Assembly (NCBI RefSeq): GCF_006345805.1
Contig: NC_043015.1
Location: forward strand, 34,038,001 to 34,102,000
Source of the DNA: Octopus sinensis
Taxonomy: Eukaryota
DNA length: 64,000 nucleotides
Direction of reading: 5' to 3'
Translations under genes and position numbers: made by a program
Notes under the pieces: model-generated
What the model saw: the letters and a program-made list of their open reading frames with translations, nothing else
Told to the model about the DNA's origin: nothing
Databases searched by the model: none
Part shown: one piece after another, positions 25,995-40,092 of the stretch
Layout of the letters: the number at the start of each line of letters is the position of its first letter
Position numbering within the stretch: position 1 is the stretch's first letter

Positions 25995-26275
25995 ATGAAT
26001 GTATCATTCATTTGTTTGTTTCACATCTACTTTTCCATGCTAGCATGGGTCAGACAGGAAATTATTTGAGGCATGATTTTAACAGGTATGTGGATGTGCG
26101 TTTATGAGTAAGCATCTGTGTGTGTGTGTGTTGTGTGTGTGTGTGTGTGCGTATGAATGTATCATTCATTTGTTTGTTTCACATCTACTTTTCCATGCTA
26201 GCATGGGTCAGACAGGAAATTATTTGAGGCATGATTTTAACAGGTATGTGGATGTGCGTTTATGAGTAAGCATCT
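25991..26275. repeat. Perfect 127-bp direct duplication separated and flanked by (GT)n
   Basis: 25991-26117 and 26149-26275 are identical; period 158 bp. Confidence 0.95.
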
Positions 26276-27109
26276 GTGTGTGTGTGTGTGTGTGCGCGTG
26301 TGTGCGCGCGTGCGCGCGCGTGTGTGTATGTGTGTGTGCGCGTGTGCGTGCATGCACGTGTGTTCGTGCATGTATATGTATGTACGAGTGTTTGTAAAAC
26401 GTCTTTTAGAAACTTCCACCATTACTATTATAGCTGTGTCCTTCTGACATATTTATTTCAAGATCTGACAAAAGCAATTCTTGCTCACCAAGAGTGATCG
26501 TGGAATAAGGTAGGTTGGAGATAGTAGGAGTGGTAGATGTCAGTAGAAGAGGAAGAGGAGGATGGGAGAAAGTGATTTTTGGAGAAGGAGTGATGGGATG
26601 GGGCAGATAATCAATAAAATACATTCTGATATTGATGTGTCTTAAGATTTAAAAACTAAAAAAGTTTTCCAATGTAAAATTTGCTGATAAGAAAGCCATT
26701 ATTTGGCATATGCTCTGGAGTTGGAGTCTCCAAAGAATATGCCAAAGTGTATGTGTGGAAGGTTGGGAGCGGGGATTCTGTAAAAAAATAACCTTCTTTG
26801 GAAATTTTGACCCCTACAATCAAGAGGACTTCAAACTGACATTGTGTCATTTTAATGGTACATTGTACTGTCAGAACTAAAACAGAATGTATTAAATGAT
26901 AACAATGATAATAATAATGATGATGATGATAATGATAATAAAGATTTTTTTTATTAGCCACAAGAGCCAAGATGTGGATGATAATACTAGGACAAAAAAA
27001 TGTACAAACATTGAGTAAAAAGAAGTATTTAAAAAAGTTATTTCACACAAAAGACCAAATTACACATCTAAAGCATCGAAAGTGCCTTTTTGTTTCCTTC
27101 CTCCCAGTT

Positions 27110-28250
27110 AGATCAGCAACTCAGGTGAGTTCCATTTAGCCTCTCCATTCATGTCAGTCTCACCCATTCATGTTGATGCCCAGAGCCATTCCCAGACTAT
27201 CATCACTCATATTCTCCATAAATCCTCAACAAAATATGAGAGTTTATTTTACCACTGGCTTCATGAGTGCTGTGAGCAAGTGGACAACATTCTTGATGCC
27301 AATCATCCAACTAATGTTTAAGCTTGACCTAAGATTACAATTCTACCAAAGGTACAAACTGTTGAAAGACGTGTCATATGAAGGGCATCCAGTCAATATG
27401 TCTTCCATAAGTAGCAGCAAAGATTGCACTCCAGTTTGGTCAGCTATTTTGGGGGGCCAAAAAATGATGGCTAAACAATAAAGGGATAGTGACTTTTACC
27501 CGACCTTTCTAGGACAACTTTCTCTCAACACATTTCTGAGTGAGAATGGCCACCTTGACTGTCTGATCTAGACACCCAGCCCTCAGTCTACTGAAAATTT
27601 CTTTGGCTGGTGTGTATTTATCTCTTTAAATGCTGAGTTTTCAAGCCCACTGATTTGTTTTGGTTGATGTCTGTTCCTGTATGTTCCTGGTATTCCTCTA
27701 GTATGGTGTCAATTGCTTCTATCTCTAAAGTGTTCAACACCATGACATTGATATCATCTGCATGAGCTGATACAGCTCTCCTCCTATGACCTATTTTGAG
27801 TGATAAGCCCTTCAAAGTCTTCATTTTCTGTGATAACTTGGCCAATGGTAAAACATGCAGTAGAGAAATCATTTTTGATACACCAAGCATTTGATGCAGA
27901 ACAGTTCTGAGAGGTGATCTTTTAGTCTGACCACCAAACAGATACTGCTATGCATTGTAGTGATCCAGCATTTGAGGGCGAGACTGAAACCAGCTTCCCT
28001 TAAGTCAGCTGTCAGGTAACAAAGAATTACCCGTTTGAATCAACTTGATGTGCATCCACCAGAGCCAGATCTATTCTTGACCTCTGAGGTCGCCTTAGGT
28101 CAAACAAAGCTTTGTGAGTTAAATTTTGTTGATAAAAACTGTTTTCAGAAGTCCATTGAATGGGCTGCTACTGGTCCAGTAATTCAATTTAATATCACAG
28201 GCCAGATTTTGGAGCTCTTTAGTGGTATCCAGTCTGTTACAAGTGTTTAA
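27110..28250 (-). mobile_element. L1/Tx1-clade LINE reverse transcriptase relic
   Basis: AVSAHADDINVMV..AIDTILEEYQEHTGTDINQNKSVGL (a YADD-like motif and G..IN..KS), with upstream GF..WI..MHS.I..VV and downstream L.KLE..YLWK. The core 27618-28060 is best supported. Confidence 0.75.
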
Positions 28251-28933
28251 ACCATGTCCCTAGTTTGTAAATAATTCCCTTCTTTCCATGCCAGCCATCA
28301 CAGAGGCACTGAAAATAACCATTGGGTTATGACATAGCCATTAACAGAAATAAAAGTGGATATAAAAGGAGGAAGAGAAAAAGAAGAAAAGGAAATGTTG
28401 GTTATGATGATGATGATGATAAAGATGATGATGATGATAATGATGATGATAATAAAGATCCTAATGATGATTATTCTAATGATGATGACCCAGCAGACCT
28501 TTGATCCAAACTGTTTCAATCATGACCATCTCCTATTTTATTCAGATTTTCCATATATCAAACTAAAACATTCACTGAGTCCCCCCCCTTTTTGTAAAAC
28601 AGAAGTCTGTTATTTGAGGAAGATTTAACAAGTATTTCTAGCATGTTGGGTGACTGCATATGGACTTCTTTGTTCAATAGTATTTTATTGATGTTGGTGA
28701 GCAAATGACAACTCATTGGGTTTCTTCTTATTTAACCCTGGGTCAGTCCTGTTTGAACATGCTTATAATTCAAAGGCATTCCATCCATGACAATCTTGTC
28801 TTTTTTTCAATGTAGTCATTTGTTTTGTAAGCCATAGAAACTGTTAGAATACAACATACAAGTGAGACGTAGAGAGTAGTGACTCCAAAGTAAGATCTAA
28901 CAGCCTAAGTGGACAAGTGGGTATAAAAAGATG

Positions 28934-28976
<43 letters not shown>

Positions 28977-29620
28977 GGAGGAGGAGGAGGAGGAGGAGGA
29001 GGGGAAGGAGGGGAACAGAGAAATGATGATGACAACAACGATGATGGTGATGATGGTTATGATGACAATGGTGATGAGGATGACTTGGTTTATCTTTCTA
29101 GCATGTTGAGTGACCATGTGGCAGCTTGCCTGGCTTTTGGCTGAAAACATTGGCTGTGGTTGCCATGGTGGTTGCATAAAACTACTAGGGGTGGTGGTGG
29201 TGGTGGTACTGGTGGTGGTGGTGGTGATGAGGATGAGTTAGAGAGGAGAGAAAAAGGAGCAATGGGAAAGAAGGTGAGACTAAGCAATGAGTTTAGAGAC
29301 AGAAGAGAATAAAATGAGCTGAGTGTGGCAGATGGGGGGGGAAGTGGAGGCAAATGGATTATGAGGTTGGGAAAGGTAGGAGAGAGAGGAAGTAGGACAT
29401 TAAAGAGTAGGGGGAGTAGGAGAGATAAGAGATAGAGTAGTGTGAGAGGGGGGGCAGGATATTAAAGTTGAGAGAAATAATGAGAAGGTATTGTGGGAGA
29501 GATGGATTGAGAGTGAATGGGCAAAGAGAGAGTGAAGGAGGGAGGGGCAGGGAAGGACAGACAGATGAAGAGATACACATTGATAGACAGACTGACAAAC
29601 AAATATTATATAATTTATAG

Positions 29621-29687
<67 letters not shown>

Positions 29688-30109
29688 ATTGCAAATATTA
29701 GAATGTTGTAGGTAAAGAATATATCTTTGAGTTTGAAACAAAGACCAGATGTGTGTATAAGACAGAAGAATCAATAAAATATGATTGAATGAAGACTTAA
29801 TGGTAATTTTATATTTTTACTCAATCTCATTCTTGGAATTTGGCATTATAATGGATCTTTGATGAGCAGATAAGCAGATTTTTGGAGAATGTAGACTGTA
29901 GATTTTTAAACATTGGTAGAATGGAGAGTTTTGAATAGTTGAATAAATTTAGGGAATGAAAAACTGGTTTTGAAAATTAGATGAATGTTTTTTAGGGTCG
30001 TGTGCAGCAGCTGGAAGAAAAGTGCTAAAGATTGATGGAAATGGAGTAAAGACTGAAAGAAAAAGATTACAGGATCTGTAACCTGTTTACTGCCACACAG
30101 CATATCTAA

Positions 30110-30560
30110 CACAAATGCTTACTGTTACACAACATCTCATGTTACATTGCATATCTAATGTGTTCACTGTCACATTGTATCACAGTAGATATAACATGTT
30201 TCCTGTCGCAATGTATCCCATGTTACCCTGCAGATGCAACATAAGCCACTGAATGATGATATGATAAACACAGTCCAGTACATGTATGTTACTGATGCCA
30301 CATGATCACTGTCACATAGTAAACCATGTAGCATTGTATAGACAAAATGAGTTTATTGTCACACTCTTTTCTATGTAACATAAAAGTAATATGTAATCAT
30401 TATCCTGCAACATTACCGGGTATATTATATATATCCAACATGTTTAAAGCTACACTGCATTTCATGTTACATTGTATATGTCACATCTGTTTATCATGAC
30501 ACTGTACCTTATATTTCACTGATTTTGTAACATGCGTTTACTGTTACACCACACTTTATG
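30110..30560. repeat. Highly degenerate short-unit tandem repeat (CATGTT..ACTGTCACA motifs)
   Basis: Recurrent CATGTTAC, ACTGT(C/T)ACA and ATTGTAT at short irregular spacing. Confidence 0.55.
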
Positions 30561-31080
30561 CGAGCAACTGTTTCACTGCAGACAAGCTGTGTATTCCTGA
30601 TCCGACTGCAACAACACATCTACAACCCTAGCCTTTTGGTAAATGAGCTGTTACATAGTCACTAGACCAACCAGAAATAACAGCTAAATGTATTTCATGT
30701 CATACCTGGTGGTCATAAAAAGTGGAAGGACACATTGGGTAACATGGTTCCATATGTCTGAAAACTAAAAGAGAGAGAGAGAGAATGGTTGTAGTTGGAA
30801 GGTCTCCAATCATAGGCTCAACTGGATCTGGCTCAAGTTCAGGCAAAATAGAATGTCATCAAACATAGGTCTGCTGGATCTGAGTCATCCAATGTACAAA
30901 CAACATCAACACCACCCCCACTCCCTGCTAATAACACCACCTCAAACATTACCAGCTGCAGCAATACAAACAAAACCACCATCATCAGCAGCAGCACCAT
31001 GACAAACTGTGAGAGCAGAGACTTAGTATATTAGTGGTAGAAAAGGCAGAGAGAGAGGAAACTGTGCATCTGGCCAGAAG

Positions 31081-31260
31081 TTAGTAGAATCTTTGAAGTG
31101 GGAGCAATGCTCCATTGAGCACCACAAGTGAGCTTTGTATAGCGTTAGCACTTGTTGGATGCTGGAATATTTTCTGGTTCTGAAGAGAATGGTCCATTCT
31201 TGAGACACAGTCTTTGCTACATTGATGGATACTGACTTCGTAGCATCTGTTTGGTGAACC
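31081..31260 (-). mobile_element. CR1/L2/Jockey-group LINE RT C-terminal fragment
   Basis: ILFRTRKYSSIQQVLTLYKAHLWCSMEHCSH resembles the L.LYKA..RP.MEYCSH motif. Confidence 0.6.
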
Positions 31261-32644
31261 ACTGTAGTATATCTTACCATTGTTAAACATCATTTATAAT
31301 TAATTGCTGCACCTGCTAAAGTATTCTGCAGCATAAACCGTTTTTAATTCTAAATACCTTGGCTTTCTTTCCAAAAAATTTAACTTACTTTTCTGTTTGA
31401 TTTATTTAATTACATTTCTAAGCCTCAGTAATATTTCATTTTGGGTTAGATCAAAGAATTAAAGTAAGGAATTTCTGAAGAATTGTTTTCAGTGGAATAA
31501 TATTACTAGGTAAGTGGATGGAAGAAATAAAACAAAGCCAATGAATGGATTCTGTGTTGCTTTATTCTTTAGAAAATGTTGCTCGAGTTAAATGTTTGTG
31601 TTATGTGCTGTGCTTGCTCTTGTGACATTGTTATAGTTGAACTTGATGACAGAGGTATGAGAAAAAGGTTGTTGGAGTGGAAAGAAATGGATAATGTGTG
31701 TGTGTGTGTGTGTGTTTAAAGGACGCGTATGTAGAAGGGTCTTGTAACAACGGAAGGCTTCTTAATACATAAGAAAATAATTTGTTGCATTCGTACAGAA
31801 GGTGTTCATACAATACATTCAGATGAAACAGTGTAATATGACACACAGAAAGTCTTTGTTAGAAATTCAATGTTTAGGTTGATTTTTACAGATGAAATAC
31901 ATATTCAGGTGCCATGGTGACTTCTTTGATCATTCCAGGTCGAATATGCAGCAGCTGGTCCTGGAGTCTGTGGATCAAGTCAGAGAGGTTAACTTCCCTC
32001 CAGGCTTAATGATTACAAACACTAATTAATGGTTGGAGGTGATGTACTAACAAGAACATGAAAGCAGAGTGAACGACTCTTGTGTCAGTTGCCTGGCCAT
32101 TTATGGAACCCTCCAGGAGAGAAAATATATAAAAGGTGTTTGGAAGTGATTGGGAACCATCTTGAAGCAGGACTAAGGAACGACTAGAACTGGGAGGAAG
32201 CTCCAGGATGTGGCTCTTGCACTGAAGAATACAGCTGGTAGCTCCACCGACCGCTGAAAATCTAATCTCTCTCAAAGCTGACTTCCACTTCTTGTTTTTC
32301 GTGTAGGATATATTTCACTGCTCTTTGTATTCCTTGTTCTCACTCACATGACAGTAGGGCAGTGCAGGTAGGTCACCCCTTCCATGGCTAAGGAACCTTA
32401 CCTGGCCCTCTTCTAGACCGGTGCTCTGACATGATTTAGTCTCCGATATCTGGTCATGGAACAAATAGTACTGGACAGCATTATCAGTGGTCCTTAGAAT
32501 GACCCAATACGTATTTCCATACACATATAAATACAAATACACATGCATACATACATCCATGCATACACAGACACACACACACACATATATTCACACGTAT
32601 ACATGCTTACATATGCTCACATACATACTCGAACAGATGCACAA

Positions 32645-32688
<44 letters not shown>

Positions 32689-32903
32689 TACAGTAGAGTA
32701 CAGCAGATGCACAGATATGTCAGAAGCTCAATGAAATCAAATTTCATAAATAACCAAATCCGTTCTGAATGCTTCTTTCACAGTCTGGTGGTTTTTACAT
32801 TGTCCGTCATGACTGAGGGATTTGTTAATGGCCAAGTAAAACTACTGTGTTGTTTTATAAACAGCTAATGGCACTGAGATACTGCGATGGTGTTGCACAG
32901 GTC

Positions 32904-32934
<31 letters not shown>

Positions 32935-35900
32935 TGCTGACACCAACAAGTCAAAGAAGGATGTCTCTCTCTCTCTCTATGTCAGGTGTTTTCAACTAAT
33001 GCACTGCATATGTTGTGAATTTCAGAGGATAGTCGGAAGATGTCAGAGATTTAGAAAACTTGACAGCATATTTAATGCATCACAGTGTTGCACATATAAG
33101 AGCAATGTGCATTTGCCTATCATCAATTGAAAATGACGTTATTGCTTGTACGCACATACATAACTTTTAGAAAACTGATATTGGGCCATGACAATTTCAG
33201 GGTCTTATTCAGTACAACATGAATCTAATCACTTAAAAAAATTGCTGTTGTATGTGGTCATTGACTTGCTAGAAATATCAGCCAAGTCTCCTTCAAACCT
33301 TGCACTATCTTCTGAAAAAGTAATGAAGTCATGTGTATGCAGAAAAACTCTTTAACGAAGAGCTTGGTCTGAAATACCAGTCACACGAAAGTGAAGTGTT
33401 TAATTCTAATATCGTGAAGGGCCTGGTTGGAGGCCCAAACTCCTGAGTTTCTTTTTACAGGGCTTAGAAAAACTGAAGAACTGCTGCAATAAGTGTGTGA
33501 ATCTGAGAAAGGAATAGGTTGAATAAAATTATAATTAACTGATCCTTCTGTATTTTCTTTTTCCCAAAGCCAGGAACCGTGTCCTTCACACTCACCTTAA
33601 GCAACTCTCTTTTATCAGAGAACACCAATAGGATTTTGTAGAGCCAGATCTACTGAAACTTTTCTATCCATCACACATGAGAGGTGTTTTGCCATTCAGA
33701 ACATAAAAGAAATAATGTTGCACTTGACACCAGAAAAATATTCATTGTGTCCGCCTATCGATTCCATCAGTCTTTCACCTTCTGGATGGGAAGTTTCATG
33801 TCAGATCTCTCGAACCAGTGTCTCACGGCAGGGTTAATCTCCAGCTCCACCTCTCTATGAACTCTGTTACATTGTTGATGTTTCTCACACTCTTCATTCG
33901 GTACATTAACCAAATACACGCTAATGTTCCCAGCAATATGCACTCCTATGTGGTTGACAACTACCCTTCATTGCTCCTTAAAGTACCACATACACACAGC
34001 TGTCTTCCATTAAGGAATATGAAAAATATCTGCAAATAGGAAAATGACAATCCAGTCTGCTCCCAGTGCAGAAAATGCAATTGCTACGGAAAGATCTGGA
34101 AACAAACTCATCTAACACATGCATCTAACGAGAAGCTTCAAATGAAAGTCCTTCTCCTGTTTGAGGATCCTTCTGGCCATTTCTCTCTCTCTCTCTCTCT
34201 CACAAACATTTCCACATTGCTCTGCTGTTCAGATATTTCAGATAATCATCAAAAATGATAATCGATGACCATCAATTCCTTATAACTGATTGATGTGTGA
34301 TTCACTGCTAACAACATAATAATCAATATATGTAATCAACAAAATATTTTACAGATGAATTTTTTTCCTTTTGTATTTGAAACTGTTCTGTTTAGTTTGT
34401 TTATTGATTTACATTTTCTGACAATTATTTACCAACATCGTTTGTGTTAAGCTAATACTCAACACATTAATATATTATTAATATAGAAGTGTGTATATAT
34501 GTGCATATTATTACAATATACAAAACTTGTGTGCTTATTTCTGTTTTTATTGCAAATATTTACCTTAGATCTTAGCAGCTTGCATTATTTCTTTGCTTCC
34601 TATCTATTATGAAAGACTCCAGTTATTCAACCAGACTCAATGATACAATGTTTTAATTCTGCTCCACACTTCCTTGCACAGCTTCAAGTTATTTGCAGGA
34701 AAGAAATAGCAATTCAGTAATTTTATCGTTGCAAATTAATTACTGAAAACATTTCTAATCTTTCCTATTTTTGAGGCGTGGTTTCTAAATTTGAGATAAA
34801 TTTTGAGATGGAGTAGATAGTTGGGGATTTGTGAAATCATCAGAAATTTGAACAGAATGTTTGGCAGTTAATTATTTACAACTCTTTAAGTTCTGACTCT
34901 TATTGCATTTAAGGACGAGGAGAGTTCCTCTTCCTGGAAAATGAAACCCCTTTCAGAAAAAATGGATTCATCCTCAGTGAAAAGTGTTTTCTCTCCTTGC
35001 TAAGTGTACTCATTCCTACGTTTTTTATTGCCTTTTTTAACTACTTTATTTTTTCTTTTTTACTTCTTTTTCCAAAAAAGTTTGCCTGATCCCTTCCACC
35101 TTTCATTTGGCCATCATCCCCAGAAGTGAAACGAGTGGTACCACTGTGACAGAATGCATCCTGTTTGTTTAGTTTTTGCTGTCATTTCCAATGTTGATTC
35201 TCATTACCTTTGCTTTTGTGGCTGGTGGAAGGAATTCTTGGTTGTCTTGGTTACCTCATGAGAAAAAAGACAAAACGATTTCTTTTGATGGCTCCAGAGT
35301 TGTGACTGATGTTACCCTAGGATTGACCACCAGCCCAAACACAAGTGCCCCAAAAGGGATTTCTAGCTAGCGATTGATGTTAACATCAATGTCCTTGATA
35401 TGGAACTTTGTGTTCTTCCTTCCCAAATACTGTCGGAAGAGCTTATGGGTAGGTGTGTGATGTACAATCTGGACTTCAACTTTTACCATGTCCTCTATTT
35501 TAAAAGTGACATGTACAGTGCTGTACTCCCTCTCACAATAAAGGAGATTTCAGTGTTCCTGTCAGGGCTGTCTCCAACTCATCCTGGCACAGAACAAGGA
35601 AAGTACATGTTGCATTGACAAAGTACAAACATATTACTTTCTTCCTTTCATGCAACTCTCAGAGTCTTGTGAATGAAATGTTGCTAAACTTTTCACCTCC
35701 AAACTTTTCTTGTTCAAAAGAACATCACACTTTCAGGTCCATCAATATTTGTTTTACATTTTCATGGCTTGTTTGGCAGCTGTTCTGCCTTGTTCTTTGT
35801 TACTTGTTCTTCAGACATGCTCCAAACGATACGACCATTTTGCTTTACAGTCAGAGGATCGAATAAAAATGGAAATATTCTTAAAAACCGATCTTGTAAT

Positions 35901-37278
35901 CCGGCTTCATTATTGGATAGGAATTTTTTAAAATGTTCAATAGTACTTCCTGTTTGAAATAATGTCTAAAATGAAAATGAATTTCTTTGTTACATTTGAA
36001 AAACTTTGAGAATATTTGGAGCACATCTGAAGGATCAGCAGTGAATAATGATAACCAAAATAATTGTTTGTAATTTTGGAACTATTGTTTCCAATAATAG
36101 TCTGATACCCTACTTAGATTGGTTTAAACAGCAGTACACTGTAAATGGTGACCTCCTCATTTTTCTTCTTCTTCTTCTTCTTCTTCAATAAATGAATGGT
36201 AAGCTGCAGGAGATACAAAGAAAATCATGGTAAAATAGGCTTGAAATGATATTTCTTGTAAAATAAAACATTTGGATATTCCTTGCGTGAAAAGAAGTAG
36301 CATTAAAAAAAATACAATGGAGTGTAAATCTTTTCTTAAGAAGAGTAAAAAAAGGTAATAAAATACTTTGTATGTGAAGAGCTGAAACTATGTAAAGAGA
36401 ATCAGAACCAAAGTTTGTTTGCAGACAATTTTGTAACAAAAGAATCCCATTTGTTTTAGAAGATTGCTTCATTTGATAATTCTTTGACAAAATATACAAT
36501 AAAAACTCTGCCTTTTTTTTTGTTTTTCCTCCAACAGTCATGGAAAGGTTAAGATTAATTTCCTGAATCTGTTAAAGATCTTCAAGACTTCGAAGAAGAG
36601 AGAATAATTTTCCTAAATTTTCTTGGAGTAAATATTAGCAGAGTGAAATAAATGTTGATATAACACAGCAGTAAAATCTTGTCAAAGACCAAATTGACTG
36701 ATTTGGTTCACGCTGCTGCTGTTGCTAATTAGCTTTAATGAATAGCTTCTGTACCCTAATTAGAGGTGACCTCCAAGTTGTAAGGTAGGGAATCTATTAT
36801 GTAGTGACAGCCATGCCTTACTAAAAACTATTTGTGGTGAAATTGCACAATTTGCCAATGAAAATATATAAAAGACCCAGGTTGCAGGAGGTTTACCGAT
36901 TTTACTATAAGATCATCATGATGAGGATATGAAATTTTTCCATGGATTCCACTGCTTTTGGCGATCTTTTATCACCTCATTCATGAGATTCACAATCATG
37001 AGATCACTTTTCTTTGCATATACTATTCTACTGGTCTTTTTTGCTAAACCACTAAGTCACTGGGACATAAACACACTAGAGCCAGTTGTCAAGCAGTGAT
37101 GGGGGGGGGGGGCAAACACACACACACACACACACACAAAAACTATAGCAAATGAGATTCACATTGTTCGGAAAAGTGTAACCTGGTATTCTGCAAGTAT
37201 TCAAAGAAAGATTCTTGAGATTTGTTGTCACCAAACCATAAGACAACATCCTTGCCAACTGAAGTAGTAAGTTATAGT

Positions 37279-37848
37279 TTTAATAATAATAATAATAATT
37301 GCCCCGATGCAGAACCAAGCAGTGACTCTCATGGCTTCTGATCTTAATTGATTGGAAGTGTTATCATGTACATTCTGCTTTGGTGTAAAAGATAGGCTAC
37401 AGAAAATATTCTACTCAGTACCACAAATTTGCTTGACCTTAACCAGTTGAACACGTCTCTTAATGGCTGACAATATGTGCATCTCTGATCCCAAACAGGA
37501 ATAGTGAGGAAGCATCATAGCCATGTATCGAGAAGAATTATTTGGGGTTTGAATAATTCACCTCTGGAAACATAGGTGTTTAGTTTGTCATCCTTAAACG
37601 AACCTCATGGACCTTTTGAGTGGGATGGACTACTCAACCTGGAGAAAATTCCTACTGGGTGCCACCTGTAAGGTGATGTCCTGTTTATCCTGATATGAGA
37701 TCACCCTGTTATGCACATATGGTTATGATGCCTGTGCTTGGTGTACCCTTATCAGACAGGTAGTCATGATGGGTATTTTGGGTTTCATATATTTGTACCT
37801 CAGTGTCACTTTGATGGCCTCCACTGCCCTCTCACTCAATAATAATTA
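37279..37848. mobile_element. Unclassified ~570-bp interspersed repeat bounded by (AAT)n on both sides, probably a non-LTR retrotransposon 3' region
   Basis: GC-richer block with (AAT)n at both ends and no ORF. The family is inferred only from this architecture. Confidence 0.4.
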
Positions 37849-37869
37849 TAGTTTCAGATTTTGACATAG

Positions 37870-38040
37870 GCCCCAATTTTAGTTGGAGGGGGATAAATCA
37901 ACTACCTCAACCCAGTGCACAATTGCTAGTTATTTAATTGGCACTGAAAGGATGAAAGTCAATGTCGACCTCTGTGGTATTTGAACTCAGAAGGTAAAGA
38001 GCCCCCCCAAAAAAATGCTGCTAACCACTAATAATGATTT
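37870..38040 (-). mobile_element. Family C SINE (Meta-domain-like), diverged
   Basis: AACCCAGT..GAAAGGATGAAAGTCAATGTCGACCTC..ATTTGAACTCAGAA. Confidence 0.7.
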
Positions 38041-39604
38041 CTACCTGTTTGTTGTCTTTTGATAATAATTAACTACATACAATGTTTGACTGAGAAGAAT
38101 TTATCATCTTTATGGATTGCCGTATTCTATTGGTACTTATTTCATTGACTCTAGTTGACCTTGGCAAGAGTTGAAATGAATATAATTAAATAATAGAAAG
38201 AATTTTGTCAGTGCATTGTTCAGTCTGCTAGTCACCATTCTATATAGAATAACAAAAAAAAAATTTTTTTTAAAAACCCCCAAGAAACCAAACACCAGTA
38301 ATAATAATGATGTTAATGGTGAAACAATAGCAGAGAATGTTTTAGTTTTGTCAAAGAGTAGTAAATAGCATTGAGTTACTTTTGAAAAGAGAAGCAAGAA
38401 AATATGGTCGAATAATCAGACAAGTTTACCGACTTGAAGAAAATATTATTGATTTTTTTAGGCAAGATTTGTTTTGTAGTGCCATAAATCAGGCAATATT
38501 CTGACATTAGTTGAATTTAGTGAGATGCTGTATGTTTAATTAAACAATTAGAATGAAAGTGTATGGAACGTAACTACCAATAGTTGAAGGAATCTTTATT
38601 AGAATCAGTTATTAAGCTCTGCTCAATGATTTCATTTCACTTTTACCGTAACAAATTCCACAAAAGGTTAATTGTAAGCACTTTTGATATATTTATATGT
38701 TCGTTTTATAGATTTTTTCTTTTTATAAAGTTTTCTTCATTTTATTTATTTTTAAATATTCTCACTAATGAACATTCACAAACTAAAAACAGAGTTAAAA
38801 TATTTCAGCAATAACATTTGCTCTCTTATCAAACCCGAGTTCTTTTAAAACAGTTATAAAGCTGCGAGAGGCCAAGAGTTTGTCTATTCCTCTCTGCTCC
38901 CCGTTAACGACGTTCCTGGTTCTATAATTATCTCCCTTTAATATTGCTTTCCTATGGCAACAATAAAATTCTCCGCCTTCCATTTTGTCATGGAAGAGCA
39001 ATTTTCTCAAATTGATGAAAGTCAAACAGAATAAAGCTGTGTGCCAAACAAGAATAAATGTTGATAAATTATTAGGAAAGAAAATTACAAGTAGCTTGAT
39101 ACATATTATAATTTCAATGTACACTGCAGACTACTGAGGATATTGTCTGGTGTCAATTATTCTGCATTTCATGGCATTATAAGAGAACTGTTACCATTTA
39201 TATCCTCTTTATTCTCCTTCTCCATGAAGATAGATGTTATCCAAAATTATGCTGTCCTAAACGGACTTGGAGGACATTTTTTATGGATTATTAATAGTAC
39301 GAATTTACCATAAATATAGCCTATAAATGTGTCTCTGCCTGTGTAGTTGTGTGTCCTTGTGTATAGCTGTGTGTGTTTCTGTGAATTATGTGTTGATGTT
39401 TTTATGTATGTCTTTATGTGAAAGGGACTGCATACATGTGTATGTGTGTGTGTATGCATACTGTGTGTGTGTGTGTTTGTGTATAAGTTAGACTGAGTAA
39501 TTACATTTGAGTTAGTGCAAATGTGTAAATGTGTCATTTGGTAATTGCGTATCTGTTGTATATGCTAGTGTGTATTTCAATGTGTTTATGTCTATGCTTA
39601 TCAG

Positions 39605-39855
39605 CATGCACGTATGCATGTATGTATGTATGTATGTATGTAATGTACGTACGTACGTATGTATGTATATATGTATGTATGTATGTATGCATCTATATAT
39701 GTATGTATGTTTGTATGTATGTATATAGGTATGTATATATGTATGTATGTATGTATGTATATATGTATTTATGTATGTATGTATGTATGTATGTATGTAT
39801 GTATATATGTATGTATGCATGCATGTATGTATGTATGTATGTATGTATGTATGTA

Positions 39856-39888
<33 letters not shown>

Positions 39889-40092
39889 ACGTACGTATGT
39901 ATGTAAGTGTGTGTGTGTATGTATGTATGTATGTATGTATGTATGTATGTATGTATGTATGTATGTATGTGTGTATGTATGTGTGTATTATGTATGTATG
40001 TGTGTGTGTGTATGTATGTATGTATGTATGTATGTATGTATGTATGTATGTATGTGTGTGTGTATGTATGTATGTATGTATGTGTGTATGTG
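39605..40092. repeat. (ATGT)n/(GT)n compound microsatellite
   Basis: Direct reading; source of the MYVC ORFs at 39512-40165. Confidence 0.97.

Noticed and set aside
29747-29765. AGATGTGTGTATAAGACAG, resembling the Tn5/Nextera mosaic end
   Set aside because: It needs a 2-nt insertion and a 2-nt deletion to match and has no adjacent adapter sequence; likely chance.
31179-31213. CTGAAGA-GAATG-GTC-CATTC-TT-GAGAC-ACA-GTC hammerhead-like string
   Set aside because: GAGA instead of GAAA, two extra nucleotides, no stem I, and it is the antisense of LINE coding sequence.
33770-33950. Protein-like minus-strand frame (VHIAGNISVYLVNVPNEECEKHQQCNRVHREVELEINPAVRHWFERSDMKLPIQK)
   Set aside because: An in-frame stop lies just upstream and there is no credible acceptor; the resemblance to TGF-beta propeptides is too weak to call.
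36850-36875. CCAAT plus TATATAAAAG promoter-like pair
   Set aside because: The spacing is too short, there is no downstream gene evidence, and such motifs are common in AT-rich DNA.
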